Assembly (NCBI GenBank): GCA_045577075.1
Contig: JAZNHR010000002.1
Location: 22,949-86,948, forward strand
Reading direction: 5' to 3'
DNA from: Clostridia bacterium
GTDB taxonomy: Bacteria > Bacillota > Clostridia > UMGS1883 > UMGS1540
Length of the DNA: 64,000 bases
Shown one piece after another: positions 36,173 through 45,350 of this stretch. Numbering within the stretch: the stretch's first letter is position 1; the number at the start of each line of letters is the position of its first letter. The position numbers and the translations under genes were made by a program. The notes beneath the pieces are model-generated. The model made no database searches. It saw only the letters and a program-made list of their open reading frames with translations, and was not told the origin of the DNA.

Positions 36173-36601
36173 TCAAGGCCTTTTAAAGACAATAACGCCT
36201 ACAATCATGAGTGCAAGTCCCAAAAATTTAGAGAGCCCGAAGGCCACCTTTTCACTGCCCATCAGCCCAAAAGCATCAATGCCTGCTGCCACTAAAAGCT
36301 GGGCAATGAGAATCACAGAAATTGCAACTGTGGGGCTAAGATTTCGAATAGCAAGCATAACGGTAACGGTGATTACAAGGCCAAGCGCACCGCCCGCAAG
36401 ATAGATTTTATCGGCCTCAAAAATGGATTTGAAGCTACCACTTCCAAAGATAAACATTACGATAAGTGACAACAGAAACGCTGTCCCTTGCACAAAAGCA
36501 TTTGCCTCAAAAAGGCCTGCCTTTTCCCCCAGGCGCGTGTTCATAACGCCCTGAAAACTCATTGCAGCACCGGCAATAATCGAAAAAATAACACCGAGCA
36601 T
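36173..36601 (-). CDS. Small DMT-superfamily membrane protein (DUF606/YdcZ-like)
   Basis: 142 aa with four to five TM helices. Confidence 0.5.
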   Translation of the reverse strand: MLGVIFSIIAGAAMSFQGVMNTRLGEKAGLFEANAFVQGTAFLLSLIVMFIFGSGSFKSIFEADKIYLAGGALGLVITVTVMLAIRNLSPTVAISVILIAQLLVAAGIDAFGLMGSEKVAFGLSKFLGLALMIVGVIVFKRP

Positions 36602-36646
36602 TTATATCACCTCGGTGTTATTTTGTTCTTATTTTGTTGTTTTATG

Positions 36647-37975
36647 CTAAAACCAAAGCTTTTGAATGTACTTTTTTCCGTGAAGAAACTTACGAAAGCC
36701 AGTCATAGCAGAATAGGTGACGAAAAGATAGACACGTCCGCCGCATTTTTGAATAGCTGACAAAAGCGTTTCATAGTCCGGACAAACAACCAAATCATCA
36801 AAACCTGCCGTTTGCATACGCACCGCCATATCATAGGTGCGTGTACCACCAACAAGGAACGCTTTGCAATGCATGCTTTGCAGTTTTTCAAATTCCACGT
36901 CATAAATCCAGGAAACATCCTTCCCGTCCCCCACGTTATCGTTTAAAAGAACGCCAAGGGAGACCTCTCCGGCATCCGGCAAAACGGAAGCAATTGCCTC
37001 TTCTGCGCCTGCCGGGTTTTTAATCAGAATAATGCGAAGAGATGCGCCGTCCACATCCACTGTTTCCTGTCTGCCAAACTTGCTTTTCTGTCCTAAAATC
37101 CCTTGCTGAATCTTTGCTTTGTCTACGCCCAGTACTGTAGCACAAGAAGCGGCACAAAGAGCATTATAAATATTATATGCACCGGCCTGCGGAATTGTCA
37201 GTTCCATGCCACCAACCGAAACAACGGAGCCATCCTGTGATAATTCCAAAACGGCATCGACGGCAAGGTCCGTCTCGGGCCTTGTAAAGCCGCACACGGG
37301 GCATGAATATGCGCCCAGATGGCTGAAGGTTGTAAACTGGTACGAATAGGGGGTGTTACACTTTTTGCAAAACGTCCCTTCGGCATTTTCTGCCGTTTCG
37401 CCTTCGCGAATGGGAACGGAAAAGCCATAATAAAAATGCTTATTCTCCGGCACAAAATCGCCCAGCATGGCTTCGTCCGCATTTAAAACCAAGGTGGCTC
37501 CGGGTGCCTTTTGACACGCCTCTTCAATGAGTGCAAGTGTTTGGTCAAGCTCTCCGTAGCGGTCAAGCTGATCGCGAAAAATATTGGTAACCGCAATGAC
37601 CTCGGGGCGGATTTCTGCCGTAATATGGCGCATATAGGCTTCATCTACCTCAAGGACCGCAAAATCTCCCTCCACCTTTCGAAATAAGGGGAAATTTCGA
37701 ATGAGGCAGGATACCACACCGCCCTTCATGTTAGCACCACTGGTGCTGTTTACGGCACGTTTCCCCGTCTCTTTCAAAATGCTTTGTAACATCGCGGTGG
37801 TCGTTGTTTTTCCGTTCGTCCCCGTCACCAAAATAACGCGATACCCACGCACAAGACGCTTTAAAATGTTTGGGCGAAATTTTAAGGCGATTTGCCCCGG
37901 GAGATTGGTGCCGCCGCCAAAAAGACCGCTTACAAATCCAATCAATTTTGCAATAACAATTACAATATAATCCAT
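36647..37975 (-). CDS. murT: Lipid II isoglutaminyl synthase subunit MurT-like Mur ligase (with Cys4 zinc ribbon and DUF1727 C-terminal domain)
   Basis: Mur ligase P-loop TGTNGKTTTT, zinc ribbon CKKCNTPYSYQFTTFSHLGAYSCPVC, C-terminal DUF1727-like region. Confidence 0.8.
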   Translation of the reverse strand: MDYIVIVIAKLIGFVSGLFGGGTNLPGQIALKFRPNILKRLVRGYRVILVTGTNGKTTTTAMLQSILKETGKRAVNSTSGANMKGGVVSCLIRNFPLFRKVEGDFAVLEVDEAYMRHITAEIRPEVIAVTNIFRDQLDRYGELDQTLALIEEACQKAPGATLVLNADEAMLGDFVPENKHFYYGFSVPIREGETAENAEGTFCKKCNTPYSYQFTTFSHLGAYSCPVCGFTRPETDLAVDAVLELSQDGSVVSVGGMELTIPQAGAYNIYNALCAASCATVLGVDKAKIQQGILGQKSKFGRQETVDVDGASLRIILIKNPAGAEEAIASVLPDAGEVSLGVLLNDNVGDGKDVSWIYDVEFEKLQSMHCKAFLVGGTRTYDMAVRMQTAGFDDLVVCPDYETLLSAIQKCGGRVYLFVTYSAMTGFRKFLHGKKYIQKLWF

Positions 37976-37976
37976 T

Positions 37977-38684
37977 TTAACGTTCCTTTATTATTTCTTC
38001 CATTTCTCGTGACGAAAGATGGCGCCACTTCCCTTTAGGCAGATGCCCCAGCTGAATATTCCCCACAGATACGCGGACAAGCCTTGTAACTTTATATCCT
38101 ATTGCCTCGATCATACGACGTACCTGACGGTTTCGCCCTTCCCGAATGGAAATGGAAATATCCACGCCATCCGGATACTGGCGGACAACAGTAACCTTTG
38201 CAGGTGCCGTTTTGCCGTCCTCAAGGCGCACCCCATGGCGAAGGGCGCCAAGCTGGCCAAGCGTAGGAAAGCCGGGCACATGTGCAATATATGTTTTATA
38301 AATTTCATGTTTAGGATGCATTAGGCGATTGGCAAAATCTCCGTCATTTGTTAAAAGCAGGAGTCCTTCCGTGTGATAATCCAGCCGCCCAACCGGGAAA
38401 AGTCTTGCGTCTATGTCCGTTACAAGCTGCATAACGGTGGGACGGTCAAAGGGGTCATCCGTTGTTGTGACAAAGCCGTCCGGCTTATTTAAAGCAATAT
38501 AGTATTTCTTAGTTTCCAGCGTGACCGTTTTACCATCGACCTGCACTGTATCTTCTTCCGAAACATCAAGCCCCGGCTCTAAAATCCGCTTGCCGTTTAC
38601 CTTGACGCGGCCTTCCGTAATCAGCGTATCCGCGCCTCTTCTCGAACAAATACCGGCGGCCGCGATATATTTATTGATTCGCAT
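37977..38684 (-). CDS. rluB: 23S rRNA pseudouridine synthase, RsuA/RluB family
   Basis: N-terminal S4 domain, catalytic Asp in the GRLD motif (FPVGRLDYHTEGLLLLTND). Confidence 0.85.
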   Translation of the reverse strand: MRINKYIAAAGICSRRGADTLITEGRVKVNGKRILEPGLDVSEEDTVQVDGKTVTLETKKYYIALNKPDGFVTTTDDPFDRPTVMQLVTDIDARLFPVGRLDYHTEGLLLLTNDGDFANRLMHPKHEIYKTYIAHVPGFPTLGQLGALRHGVRLEDGKTAPAKVTVVRQYPDGVDISISIREGRNRQVRRMIEAIGYKVTRLVRVSVGNIQLGHLPKGKWRHLSSREMEEIIKER

Positions 38685-38810
38685 ACCATCGCTCCAATCT
38701 TATGATGCAATTATTATAGCAAACAAAGCCTAAAATGTCAATCCCTTCTATGTGGTTTATGTTTTTCAGGATAAAATTGGCTGCAAAAGAAACAATATCA
38801 AATTTTAGTA

Positions 38811-38839
38811 TTGAAATTTGTAAAAAACAATGCTATAAT
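38811..38839 (+). promoter_or_regulatory. SigmaA-type promoter (TTGAAA-17-TATAAT) about 175 nt upstream of the oxidoreductase gene
   Basis: Implies a long, structured 5' leader covering 38840..39013. Confidence 0.45.
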
Positions 38840-39013
38840 AAGTTTAACATTGCATGACACGAATGAATCTTGAGGCCTTTGGCGCGTATACATACTTGCT
38901 AAGATTACGTCCATCACAACGCATAGGTCTTCCAATCATTACTGTGCAGCAGTTATGTTTCTTGTCAAAAGAAGGGTAAACTTTAAAAATATCTATTGAA
39001 AGGATTGTTAAAC

Positions 39014-40138
39014 ATGGAAAAAGTACGTTACGGTATCGTTGGTCTTGGTGCAATGGGCACAGGCCACGCAACTTATCTCTCTAAGGGTGAAGACCCCAAT
39101 GCTGTGCTTGCTGCCGTTTGCGACATCGATCCCAAGGCACTTGAAAAAGCGATGACTGCATTTTCTGTTCCCGGCTTTGCAGATTACAAGGAAATGTTCG
39201 CTTCCGGCCTGATTGATGCAGTTTTAGTTGCAACACCCCACTACTCTCACCCGGAGATTTCGATTGATGGCTTTAAAGCCGGTCTACACGTTCTTTGCGA
39301 AAAGCCTGCCGGCGTATACACAAAGCAGGTACGTGAAATGAACGAAGCAGCCGCAAAAACAGATAAGAAATTCACCTGTATGTTTTTAATGCGTGAATAT
39401 CCTGCCTTTGCAAAAATCAAGGATCTCCTTGACAGCGGTGAACTTGGCAACTTAAAGCGTGCCAGCTGGACGAATACAACCTGGTACCGTCCCCAGGCAT
39501 ACCATGATTCCTCCGAATGGCGCGGTACATGGGACGGCGAAGGCGGCGGTGTTTTAATTAACCAGTGCCCCCACAACATTGACCTTTGGCAGTGGTTCTT
39601 CGGTATGCCTGACAGAATTCAGGCACATATGTCCTTCGGTAAATACTATAATATTGATGTTGAGGACGAAGTAACCGCTTATCTTGAATACGACAACGGC
39701 TTTACCGGCACCTTTATCGTATCCACCGGCGAAGCACCCGGTACAAACCGCCTCGAAATCGTTGGCGATATGGGGAAGCTTGTTTTAACGGATAATGAAC
39801 ATCTTGAGTTCCACCGCAACCGTATTTCCGAAAGAGAGCATAACCGCATCAACACCGAAAGAATGGCAATGCCGGAATGCTGGACGTTCGACGTGCCGAT
39901 TACCGCACCGAATCTTGGTCACAAGGCAATTACGAGAAACCTTTCCGAGGCCATTCTCTTTGACAAGCCCCTCCTGGTTGCCGGTGAAGAAGGCATGAAT
40001 TCTCTCCAGATTTCCAACGCCATGCACCTTTCTGCTTGGACAGGCGAAATGGTGTCTCTCCCCGTTGATGAAGACCGGTTCTACGAACTCCTGCAGGAAT
40101 ACACCAGGAAAGCAAGCCGCAAAACATTCCGTAAATAG
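39014..40138 (+). CDS. Gfo/Idh/MocA-family NAD(P)-dependent oxidoreductase
   Basis: N-terminal Rossmann motif GIVGLGAMG. 374 aa from MEKVRYG. Confidence 0.8.
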   Translation: MEKVRYGIVGLGAMGTGHATYLSKGEDPNAVLAAVCDIDPKALEKAMTAFSVPGFADYKEMFASGLIDAVLVATPHYSHPEISIDGFKAGLHVLCEKPAGVYTKQVREMNEAAAKTDKKFTCMFLMREYPAFAKIKDLLDSGELGNLKRASWTNTTWYRPQAYHDSSEWRGTWDGEGGGVLINQCPHNIDLWQWFFGMPDRIQAHMSFGKYYNIDVEDEVTAYLEYDNGFTGTFIVSTGEAPGTNRLEIVGDMGKLVLTDNEHLEFHRNRISEREHNRINTERMAMPECWTFDVPITAPNLGHKAITRNLSEAILFDKPLLVAGEEGMNSLQISNAMHLSAWTGEMVSLPVDEDRFYELLQEYTRKASRKTFRK

Positions 40139-40240
40139 CAGTAGTAGAAAAGGGGATGTAAAAAAAGTCCAGACCGCAAAAAGGCTGAATATTCTACTGA
40201 AAAGAAATAATAAAATTCAATATCTTAACAAAAACGAAGC

Positions 40241-40271
40241 AAAACTTCAAATTTTTGAAGTTTTTCTTTTT
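40241..40271 (+). terminator. Intrinsic terminator downstream of the oxidoreductase gene
   Basis: ACTTCAA-ATTT-TTGAAGT followed by TTTTCTTTTT. Confidence 0.4.
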
Positions 40272-40380
40272 GTATGATGCCTTTTTGCTATGAAACAAAC
40301 TTCGCCGCTCGGCGTACCCATGTACGCCGTCGGGTAACCCCTTCGGGCTCAGTTTCCCCATTCTGAACATTTTTTCCTAT

Positions 40381-40420
40381 CCCCCAAAAGGGGGTGTAAT
40401 TATTTTACACCCCCTTTTAA
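40381..40420. repeat. Palindromic element copy 1: AAAAGGGGGTGTAATTATTTTACACCCCCTTTT (bidirectional terminator-like), abutting the ftsY stop
   Basis: 12-bp perfect stem with a 5-nt loop and A/T runs on both flanks. A near-identical copy lies at 54369..54404. Confidence 0.5.
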
Positions 40421-41353
40421 TTATTCGGCGTAATCAAACAGTGCTGCGGCAAAATCTCTTGGAGAGAAGGGCTGCAGGTCCTCCACTTCCTCCCCCACAC
40501 CCACAAACCGAACAGGCAGGGAAAGCTTATTTCGAATGGCAATCACAATACCGCCTTTGGCGGTGCCGTCCAATTTTGTAAGCACTAGCCCCGTAATAGG
40601 AACTGCCTTCGCAAAAAGTTCAGCTTGGCTAACGGCATTTTGCCCGGTGGTGGCATCTAAAACAAGCAGGCATTCTTTCGATGCGCCGGGAAGTTCCCTA
40701 TCAATGACCCGGTACATTTTCCCAAGCTCATCCATCAGGTTTTTCTTATTATGCAATCTGCCTGCCGTATCACAAATCAAAATATCTGCACCACGTTTTC
40801 GTGCGGCGTTGCATGCATCATACACAACAGAAGCCGGGTCTGCACCCTCGCTTCCCTTTACAATATCGCACCCTGTGCGTTCTGCCCATACTTCAAGCTG
40901 CTGAATAGCCGCGGCACGAAATGTATCTGCCGCCGCAAGAAGAACGTTTTTACCATCCTTTTTGAATCTTGCGGCAAGCTTACCGATTGTTGTGGTTTTT
41001 CCCACGCCGTTTACACCGATTACAAAAATGACGGCCGGGCTTCCGCTTAAATCCAATTCCGAGGTTTCTTCCGACAGCATTTCCGAAATTAACAGCATCA
41101 GTTCTTTACGGACTTCTTCACCGTCCGTAATACGGTTCTCTTTTACTCTGTCACGCAAAGTATCTACAATTTCCATTGCCGTTTCCGCCCCGATATCTGC
41201 GAGCACCAGTGCATCCATAAGTTCTTCAAAAAGTTCCTCATCTACTTTTACAAATGCCTTGAAAACGGCATCTACATGCTGAGAAATCGATTCTCTTGTT
41301 TTGGAAAGACCTGCTTTCAGTTTTGAAAAAAAGCCCCTTTTTTCTTTTTCCAT
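40421..41353 (-). CDS. ftsY: Signal recognition particle receptor FtsY
   Basis: NG domain with GVNGVGKTTT and DTAGR motifs. 310 aa. Confidence 0.95.
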   Translation of the reverse strand: MEKEKRGFFSKLKAGLSKTRESISQHVDAVFKAFVKVDEELFEELMDALVLADIGAETAMEIVDTLRDRVKENRITDGEEVRKELMLLISEMLSEETSELDLSGSPAVIFVIGVNGVGKTTTIGKLAARFKKDGKNVLLAAADTFRAAAIQQLEVWAERTGCDIVKGSEGADPASVVYDACNAARKRGADILICDTAGRLHNKKNLMDELGKMYRVIDRELPGASKECLLVLDATTGQNAVSQAELFAKAVPITGLVLTKLDGTAKGGIVIAIRNKLSLPVRFVGVGEEVEDLQPFSPRDFAAALFDYAE

Positions 41354-41488
41354 ATTTTCGCCTCGCTTTCATCGTGTAATTATATATGATTTCCCGTATT
41401 CTGTCAAGCATTGCTTTTCCCAAAAAGCGCAGAAAAAGGCTTGACTTTAGATGGGAAAACCTGTAAAATGAGTAGAGGTGAATTTTAA

Positions 41489-42232
41489 ATGCGAATTCTT
41501 TTAATACGGCACGGGGATCCGGACTATGTGCATGACACTGTTACGGAAAAAGGTGCACGGGAAGTTTTACTTTTGGCAAACCGTCTGGCAACAGAAAGGA
41601 TAGATAAGATATATTGCTCGCCTTTAGGGCGTGCACAAGACACCGCAAGACCAACTGCCGAGAAACTAGGCATGGAAATTCATACACTTCCCTGGCTCGC
41701 GGAAATTGACATTACATATGATATAGAGAATAAAACAGTTTCCCCTTGGGATATTTATCCCCACATATGGTCAGAAAACAAAAAAGCAGCTGACAAAGAA
41801 AACTGGATAAATTACGAGTTGTACCGCGGTGCACCGCTGCAGGAAAAGGTACAAGAAATTCAAAAGTCAATTGATGCACTTTTACTTTCTCATGGTTTTC
41901 GCCACCTGGGGCAGCTTTTTGAAGTTTTACCCGGATATGAAAAAAGCACGGAAACCATAGCCATCTTCTGTCATATGGGGCTTGGAAACGTTATTTTATC
42001 CCATCTTGCGGGAATTGCTACACCGCTTTGGTGGCATACTATCTTTCTGCCACCCACTTCTGTAACTACCCTGTACATGGAACAGCATTGCCCCGATACA
42101 AAGCTTGCCCTTGCCCATTTTGTAGGCATTGGAGACATTTCCCATTTATACGTCGGCGGTGAGCCCGCCTCAACCTCGGGTCTCAAGAACTGTGCTTCTC
42201 CCATTTTTCCGCCTGAACCTCTAAATCAGTAG
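41489..42232 (+). CDS. Histidine phosphatase (phosphoglycerate mutase) family protein
   Basis: N-terminal LIRHGD catalytic motif. 247 aa. Confidence 0.75.
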   Translation: MRILLIRHGDPDYVHDTVTEKGAREVLLLANRLATERIDKIYCSPLGRAQDTARPTAEKLGMEIHTLPWLAEIDITYDIENKTVSPWDIYPHIWSENKKAADKENWINYELYRGAPLQEKVQEIQKSIDALLLSHGFRHLGQLFEVLPGYEKSTETIAIFCHMGLGNVILSHLAGIATPLWWHTIFLPPTSVTTLYMEQHCPDTKLALAHFVGIGDISHLYVGGEPASTSGLKNCASPIFPPEPLNQ

Positions 42233-42332
42233 GGTTTTCCCTGTTTTTACGACCTTTTTCTTGACAAAACCTTTTCGTTTTGGTATGATATACAAATAAT
42301 ACAAAAGCCTATATGTATGCGGAGGTGCTTGT

Positions 42333-43205
42333 ATGCACGAAAAACAGGATTTCCAAAGCATGACGCTGGATGCGCTTACGCCCATTGTATCCATGCGCCC
42401 CGGAAAAGAATATACCAAAGAAGAGTTACGGATTGCAAGAACAGTTTTTATGGAAAAGCTAGGCTGTTTAAATCCGGAAATTGAGCCGGAGGAGGCGGAA
42501 GAGACAGAAGCGGTCCCTTCCCCTATAGAAGTATACGAAGCGTTGACTTTGGAAGATGCGCTTCCCATTGACTCTCCTTCCCCCATACTGCATGAAGTAC
42601 CGGTGGAAGCTGAGGGTTTATCTTCTGTAACGGCCATCCCTGTTTTTGACGAAACCGTTGCACCAAAAGAAATAGAAGAAGTGCCCCATGTGACCGAAGC
42701 ATCACCTGTTGCTGCAACGCCGGAAGCAGTTCATGAGGAAAACGTGTTCGAGGAGCCGGAAGCGGTGTCCACACCTTTGGAAACCGAAGAATTTATCCTC
42801 AAAGCTGACAGCCGCCTTGCACGTTTTCTGTATCGACTTTATGCCTATTTCCTTCTTCCTCTCTTGGCGTTGGAATCGCTTGCTTTTCTACTTGCAAGTG
42901 TAGGTACTGCAGTGGCAATTGCAGATGCACCGTATATTATTATACATGTTATTTGTGCCGCCGTTTATACCATGATTATTTCCCTTGCCTGGCATCAGTT
43001 TTTCCACCGCACAAAATTCGGGCTGCTTTTAAATCGATCCATCCTTGGCGTATGCATCATCCGTGGTTTTTTGATGCTGCTTGCCGGCACAGATATAGTA
43101 TGGGGTGTGATTTTTGTTGCACTCTCCGTCCTGTTCCTTGTCTATTTCATTGGATATGACAACATGTTTATTATACCGTCTCCAAAGCGACAGCGTGTGC
43201 AATAG
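42333..43205 (+). CDS. Hypothetical protein: acidic Pro/Glu-rich linker plus C-terminal 4-TM domain
   Basis: 290 aa with no recognisable catalytic motif. Convergent on spoVAD and overlapping its 3' end by 35 nt. Confidence 0.45.
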   Translation: MHEKQDFQSMTLDALTPIVSMRPGKEYTKEELRIARTVFMEKLGCLNPEIEPEEAEETEAVPSPIEVYEALTLEDALPIDSPSPILHEVPVEAEGLSSVTAIPVFDETVAPKEIEEVPHVTEASPVAATPEAVHEENVFEEPEAVSTPLETEEFILKADSRLARFLYRLYAYFLLPLLALESLAFLLASVGTAVAIADAPYIIIHVICAAVYTMIISLAWHQFFHRTKFGLLLNRSILGVCIIRGFLMLLAGTDIVWGVIFVALSVLFLVYFIGYDNMFIIPSPKRQRVQ

Positions 43206-44184
43206 AGGGAATACTTTCCCCTTGCAAAGTTGTTGTCGGCGATAAGAGCGCACCGGTTGCTACAAAAAGCAGCCGGTTTATTTTTTTCTGTACCATCTGC
43301 GGAAGCAAATAACCGCAAAGCACAGACGCGCTGCAACCGCACCCGCTGCCGCCGGCATGGGTATCCTGTGTTTTACTGTCAAAAATTAGCATGCCGCAAT
43401 CTTTGTAATTTGCGCCAAGAGAATACCCTTCTTTATCAAGAAGTTCTGCCGCCACATTTCTGCCTACACTGCCAAGGTCCCCCGACACAATTAAATCATA
43501 GTCATTTGGGGTTCGTCCTGTATCTTGAAAATGTGCCATAACCGTTGATACAAATGCAGGCGCCATCGCCGCGCCCATATTATTGGCATCTTTTATACCC
43601 ATGTCCGCAATGCGTCCCGTTGTGGCATGGGTTATTTTTATTTTACCGCCCATACCGACTGCCACAGCACCGCATCCTGTTACCGTCCATTGTGCGCCGG
43701 GCGGACGTTGACCGCCATACTCCAAAGGAAAACGATACTGCTTTTCAGCAGAACAAAAATGACTGCCTGCCGCCGCAATTACTCTGCCGGCATATGCACC
43801 GTCAACCAGCATGGCAGACACAGAAAGTCCTTCTGCCATTGTAGAGCAAGCGCCATAAATGCCGAGATACGGCACCCCTAAAGACCGAAGCCCGAAGCTT
43901 GAAGCGGTACACTGATTTAAAAGGTCCCCAGCCACAATAAAATTTACTTCCTCCGGGGAAAGTTCACTTTGCTTTAAACATTCCGTTACGGCCTTCGTAA
44001 ATAGAGCACTTTCTGCTTTTTCCCAGCTTTCCTGCCCGAGCATAGGGTCTTCTTCTGTAAGTGTAAAATAATCCCCCAAAGGACCTTCTGCCTCTTTAGG
44101 ACCCACTACGGATGCATAACCCATAATTGTCGGATTTCCCGTAAACTCTACAGTCTGTCCACCAAGTCGTTTTGAATTTTCCAC
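43171..44184 (-). CDS. spoVAD: Stage V sporulation protein AD
   Basis: 337 aa thiolase-like SpoVAD (…GIYGACSTMAEGLSVSAML…). Confidence 0.9.
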   Translation of the reverse strand: MENSKRLGGQTVEFTGNPTIMGYASVVGPKEAEGPLGDYFTLTEEDPMLGQESWEKAESALFTKAVTECLKQSELSPEEVNFIVAGDLLNQCTASSFGLRSLGVPYLGIYGACSTMAEGLSVSAMLVDGAYAGRVIAAAGSHFCSAEKQYRFPLEYGGQRPPGAQWTVTGCGAVAVGMGGKIKITHATTGRIADMGIKDANNMGAAMAPAFVSTVMAHFQDTGRTPNDYDLIVSGDLGSVGRNVAAELLDKEGYSLGANYKDCGMLIFDSKTQDTHAGGSGCGCSASVLCGYLLPQMVQKKINRLLFVATGALLSPTTTLQGESIPSIAHAVALETV

Positions 44185-44194
44185 ATTCTCTCTC

Positions 44195-44629
44195 CTACAT
44201 CAAAAATAAATAATACACAATGCCTGCCAAAACGGAGGAAACAACGCCGTATGTGATAACAGGGCCTGCCACCGTAAACATCTTGGCACCTACGCCCAAA
44301 ATATAGCCCTCTGTTTTAAACTCAATCGCAGGCGATGCCACGGCGTTGGCAAAGCCGGTAATGGGCACTATCGTTCCGGCGCCGGCATGCTTTGCAAGGC
44401 CGTCATACACGTCCAGAGCAGTAAACAGAATACTTAAAAATATCAGGCTTACGCTGATGGCTGTCGGCACAAGTTCCTCTTCCATGCCGCGCATCGCAAA
44501 GAAATTTCCAATGACCTGCCCCAAAGTGCAAATAGCACCGCCCACCAGGAAAGCCCAGAGTAAGTTTTTCCCTAAAGGGGAATTGGGCGTGTGGGTCTCT
44601 ACAAACTTTTCATATTCTTTCTTCTGCAT
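44195..44629 (-). CDS. spoVAC: Stage V sporulation protein AC
   Basis: 144-aa membrane protein with the SpoVAC signature (GGAICTLGQVIGNFF...). Confidence 0.9.
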   Translation of the reverse strand: MQKKEYEKFVETHTPNSPLGKNLLWAFLVGGAICTLGQVIGNFFAMRGMEEELVPTAISVSLIFLSILFTALDVYDGLAKHAGAGTIVPITGFANAVASPAIEFKTEGYILGVGAKMFTVAGPVITYGVVSSVLAGIVYYLFLM

Positions 44630-44756
44630 ACGCTGTCTCCTTTACAAAAATTGTCCCCGTATATTCCTCTTTGTCGCTATCCGAAAGCACAACAAATCGA
44701 AGCAAAAGTGCCAACAAAAGAAGGAACGTAAGGAGTATATAGTTTGCCCTTTTTTT
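44610..44756 (-). CDS. Possible small membrane protein upstream of spoVAC
   Basis: ATG at 44756 follows a GGTGA RBS. 48 aa with one TM. Overlaps the spoVAC start. Weak call. Confidence 0.2.
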   Translation of the reverse strand, partial: KKRANYILLTFLLLLALLLRFVVLSDSDKEEYTGTIFVKETAYAEERI

Positions 44757-44800
44757 CATTGCAATCACCAAATTTAGTTTTGCTTTTTTTACACAGAATA

Positions 44801-44830
44801 TACAAAAAAACGACGAATTCAAAATTCGTC
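44801..44830 (-). terminator. Intrinsic terminator after the P-II-like gene (minus strand)
   Basis: ACGACGAATT-NNN-AATTCGTCGT 10-bp stem followed by U7 on the minus strand. Confidence 0.55.
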
Positions 44831-44840
44831 GTTCTATCTT

Positions 44841-45185
44841 TTATGAAATTTTAATGCCCTCTGAAAAACCAATTGGCACAGTAAACAAAATGCCTGTATT
44901 TGGCTTATCCAGTCCTCCTGTTACTTCATTTACGATTTTTGAAGCCCTTTTCACCTGTTCATCCGTCACCACCGCAAAAATGGTACGGTTATATTCTTCA
45001 TCTAACCGCAAAAACGACCGAAGAGAGTTGAAAATCGGCGGAATTTCTGCGTTTGTATCTCCCATGACACGCAGCATGCCTTTCGTTTCTGCTACGGTTG
45101 CACCGCCAATTCCGGCCTTCATAAAGGCTGCCAAAAGCCGACTTAAAACCTCAATTTTATTAAGCACTATGACAAGAAGTTGCAT
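44841..45185 (-). CDS. P-II-like small signalling-fold protein (DarA/PstA-like) - tentative
   Basis: 114 aa with a beta-alpha-beta-beta-alpha-beta pattern and GGATVAETKG loop. Assignment from fold-like sequence pattern only. Confidence 0.35.
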   Translation of the reverse strand: MQLLVIVLNKIEVLSRLLAAFMKAGIGGATVAETKGMLRVMGDTNAEIPPIFNSLRSFLRLDEEYNRTIFAVVTDEQVKRASKIVNEVTGGLDKPNTGILFTVPIGFSEGIKIS

Positions 45186-45350
45186 GATTCTTCACCTCTT
45201 TTTCAGTATACCATATCTGTAAAAGAAATGCAAGAATGGTTTTTTTTGAAAAGAGTTGCTTTTTCTTATAAATATGATATAATTAAAGATAAAGCTTTTA
45301 ATTTCATCATTATTATTTTTTAATCTTTTTATTTTTTATGGAGTGATCGC

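Noticed and set aside
40270-40420. SRP (4.5S/ffs) RNA or other ncRNA next to ftsY
   Set aside because: Contains hairpins (near-palindrome CCGCTCGGCGTACCCATGTACGCCGTCGG and CCCCC-AAAA-GGGGG) but lacks the conserved SRP domain IV GGAA tetraloop or symmetric loop motif. More likely terminator and repeat structures.
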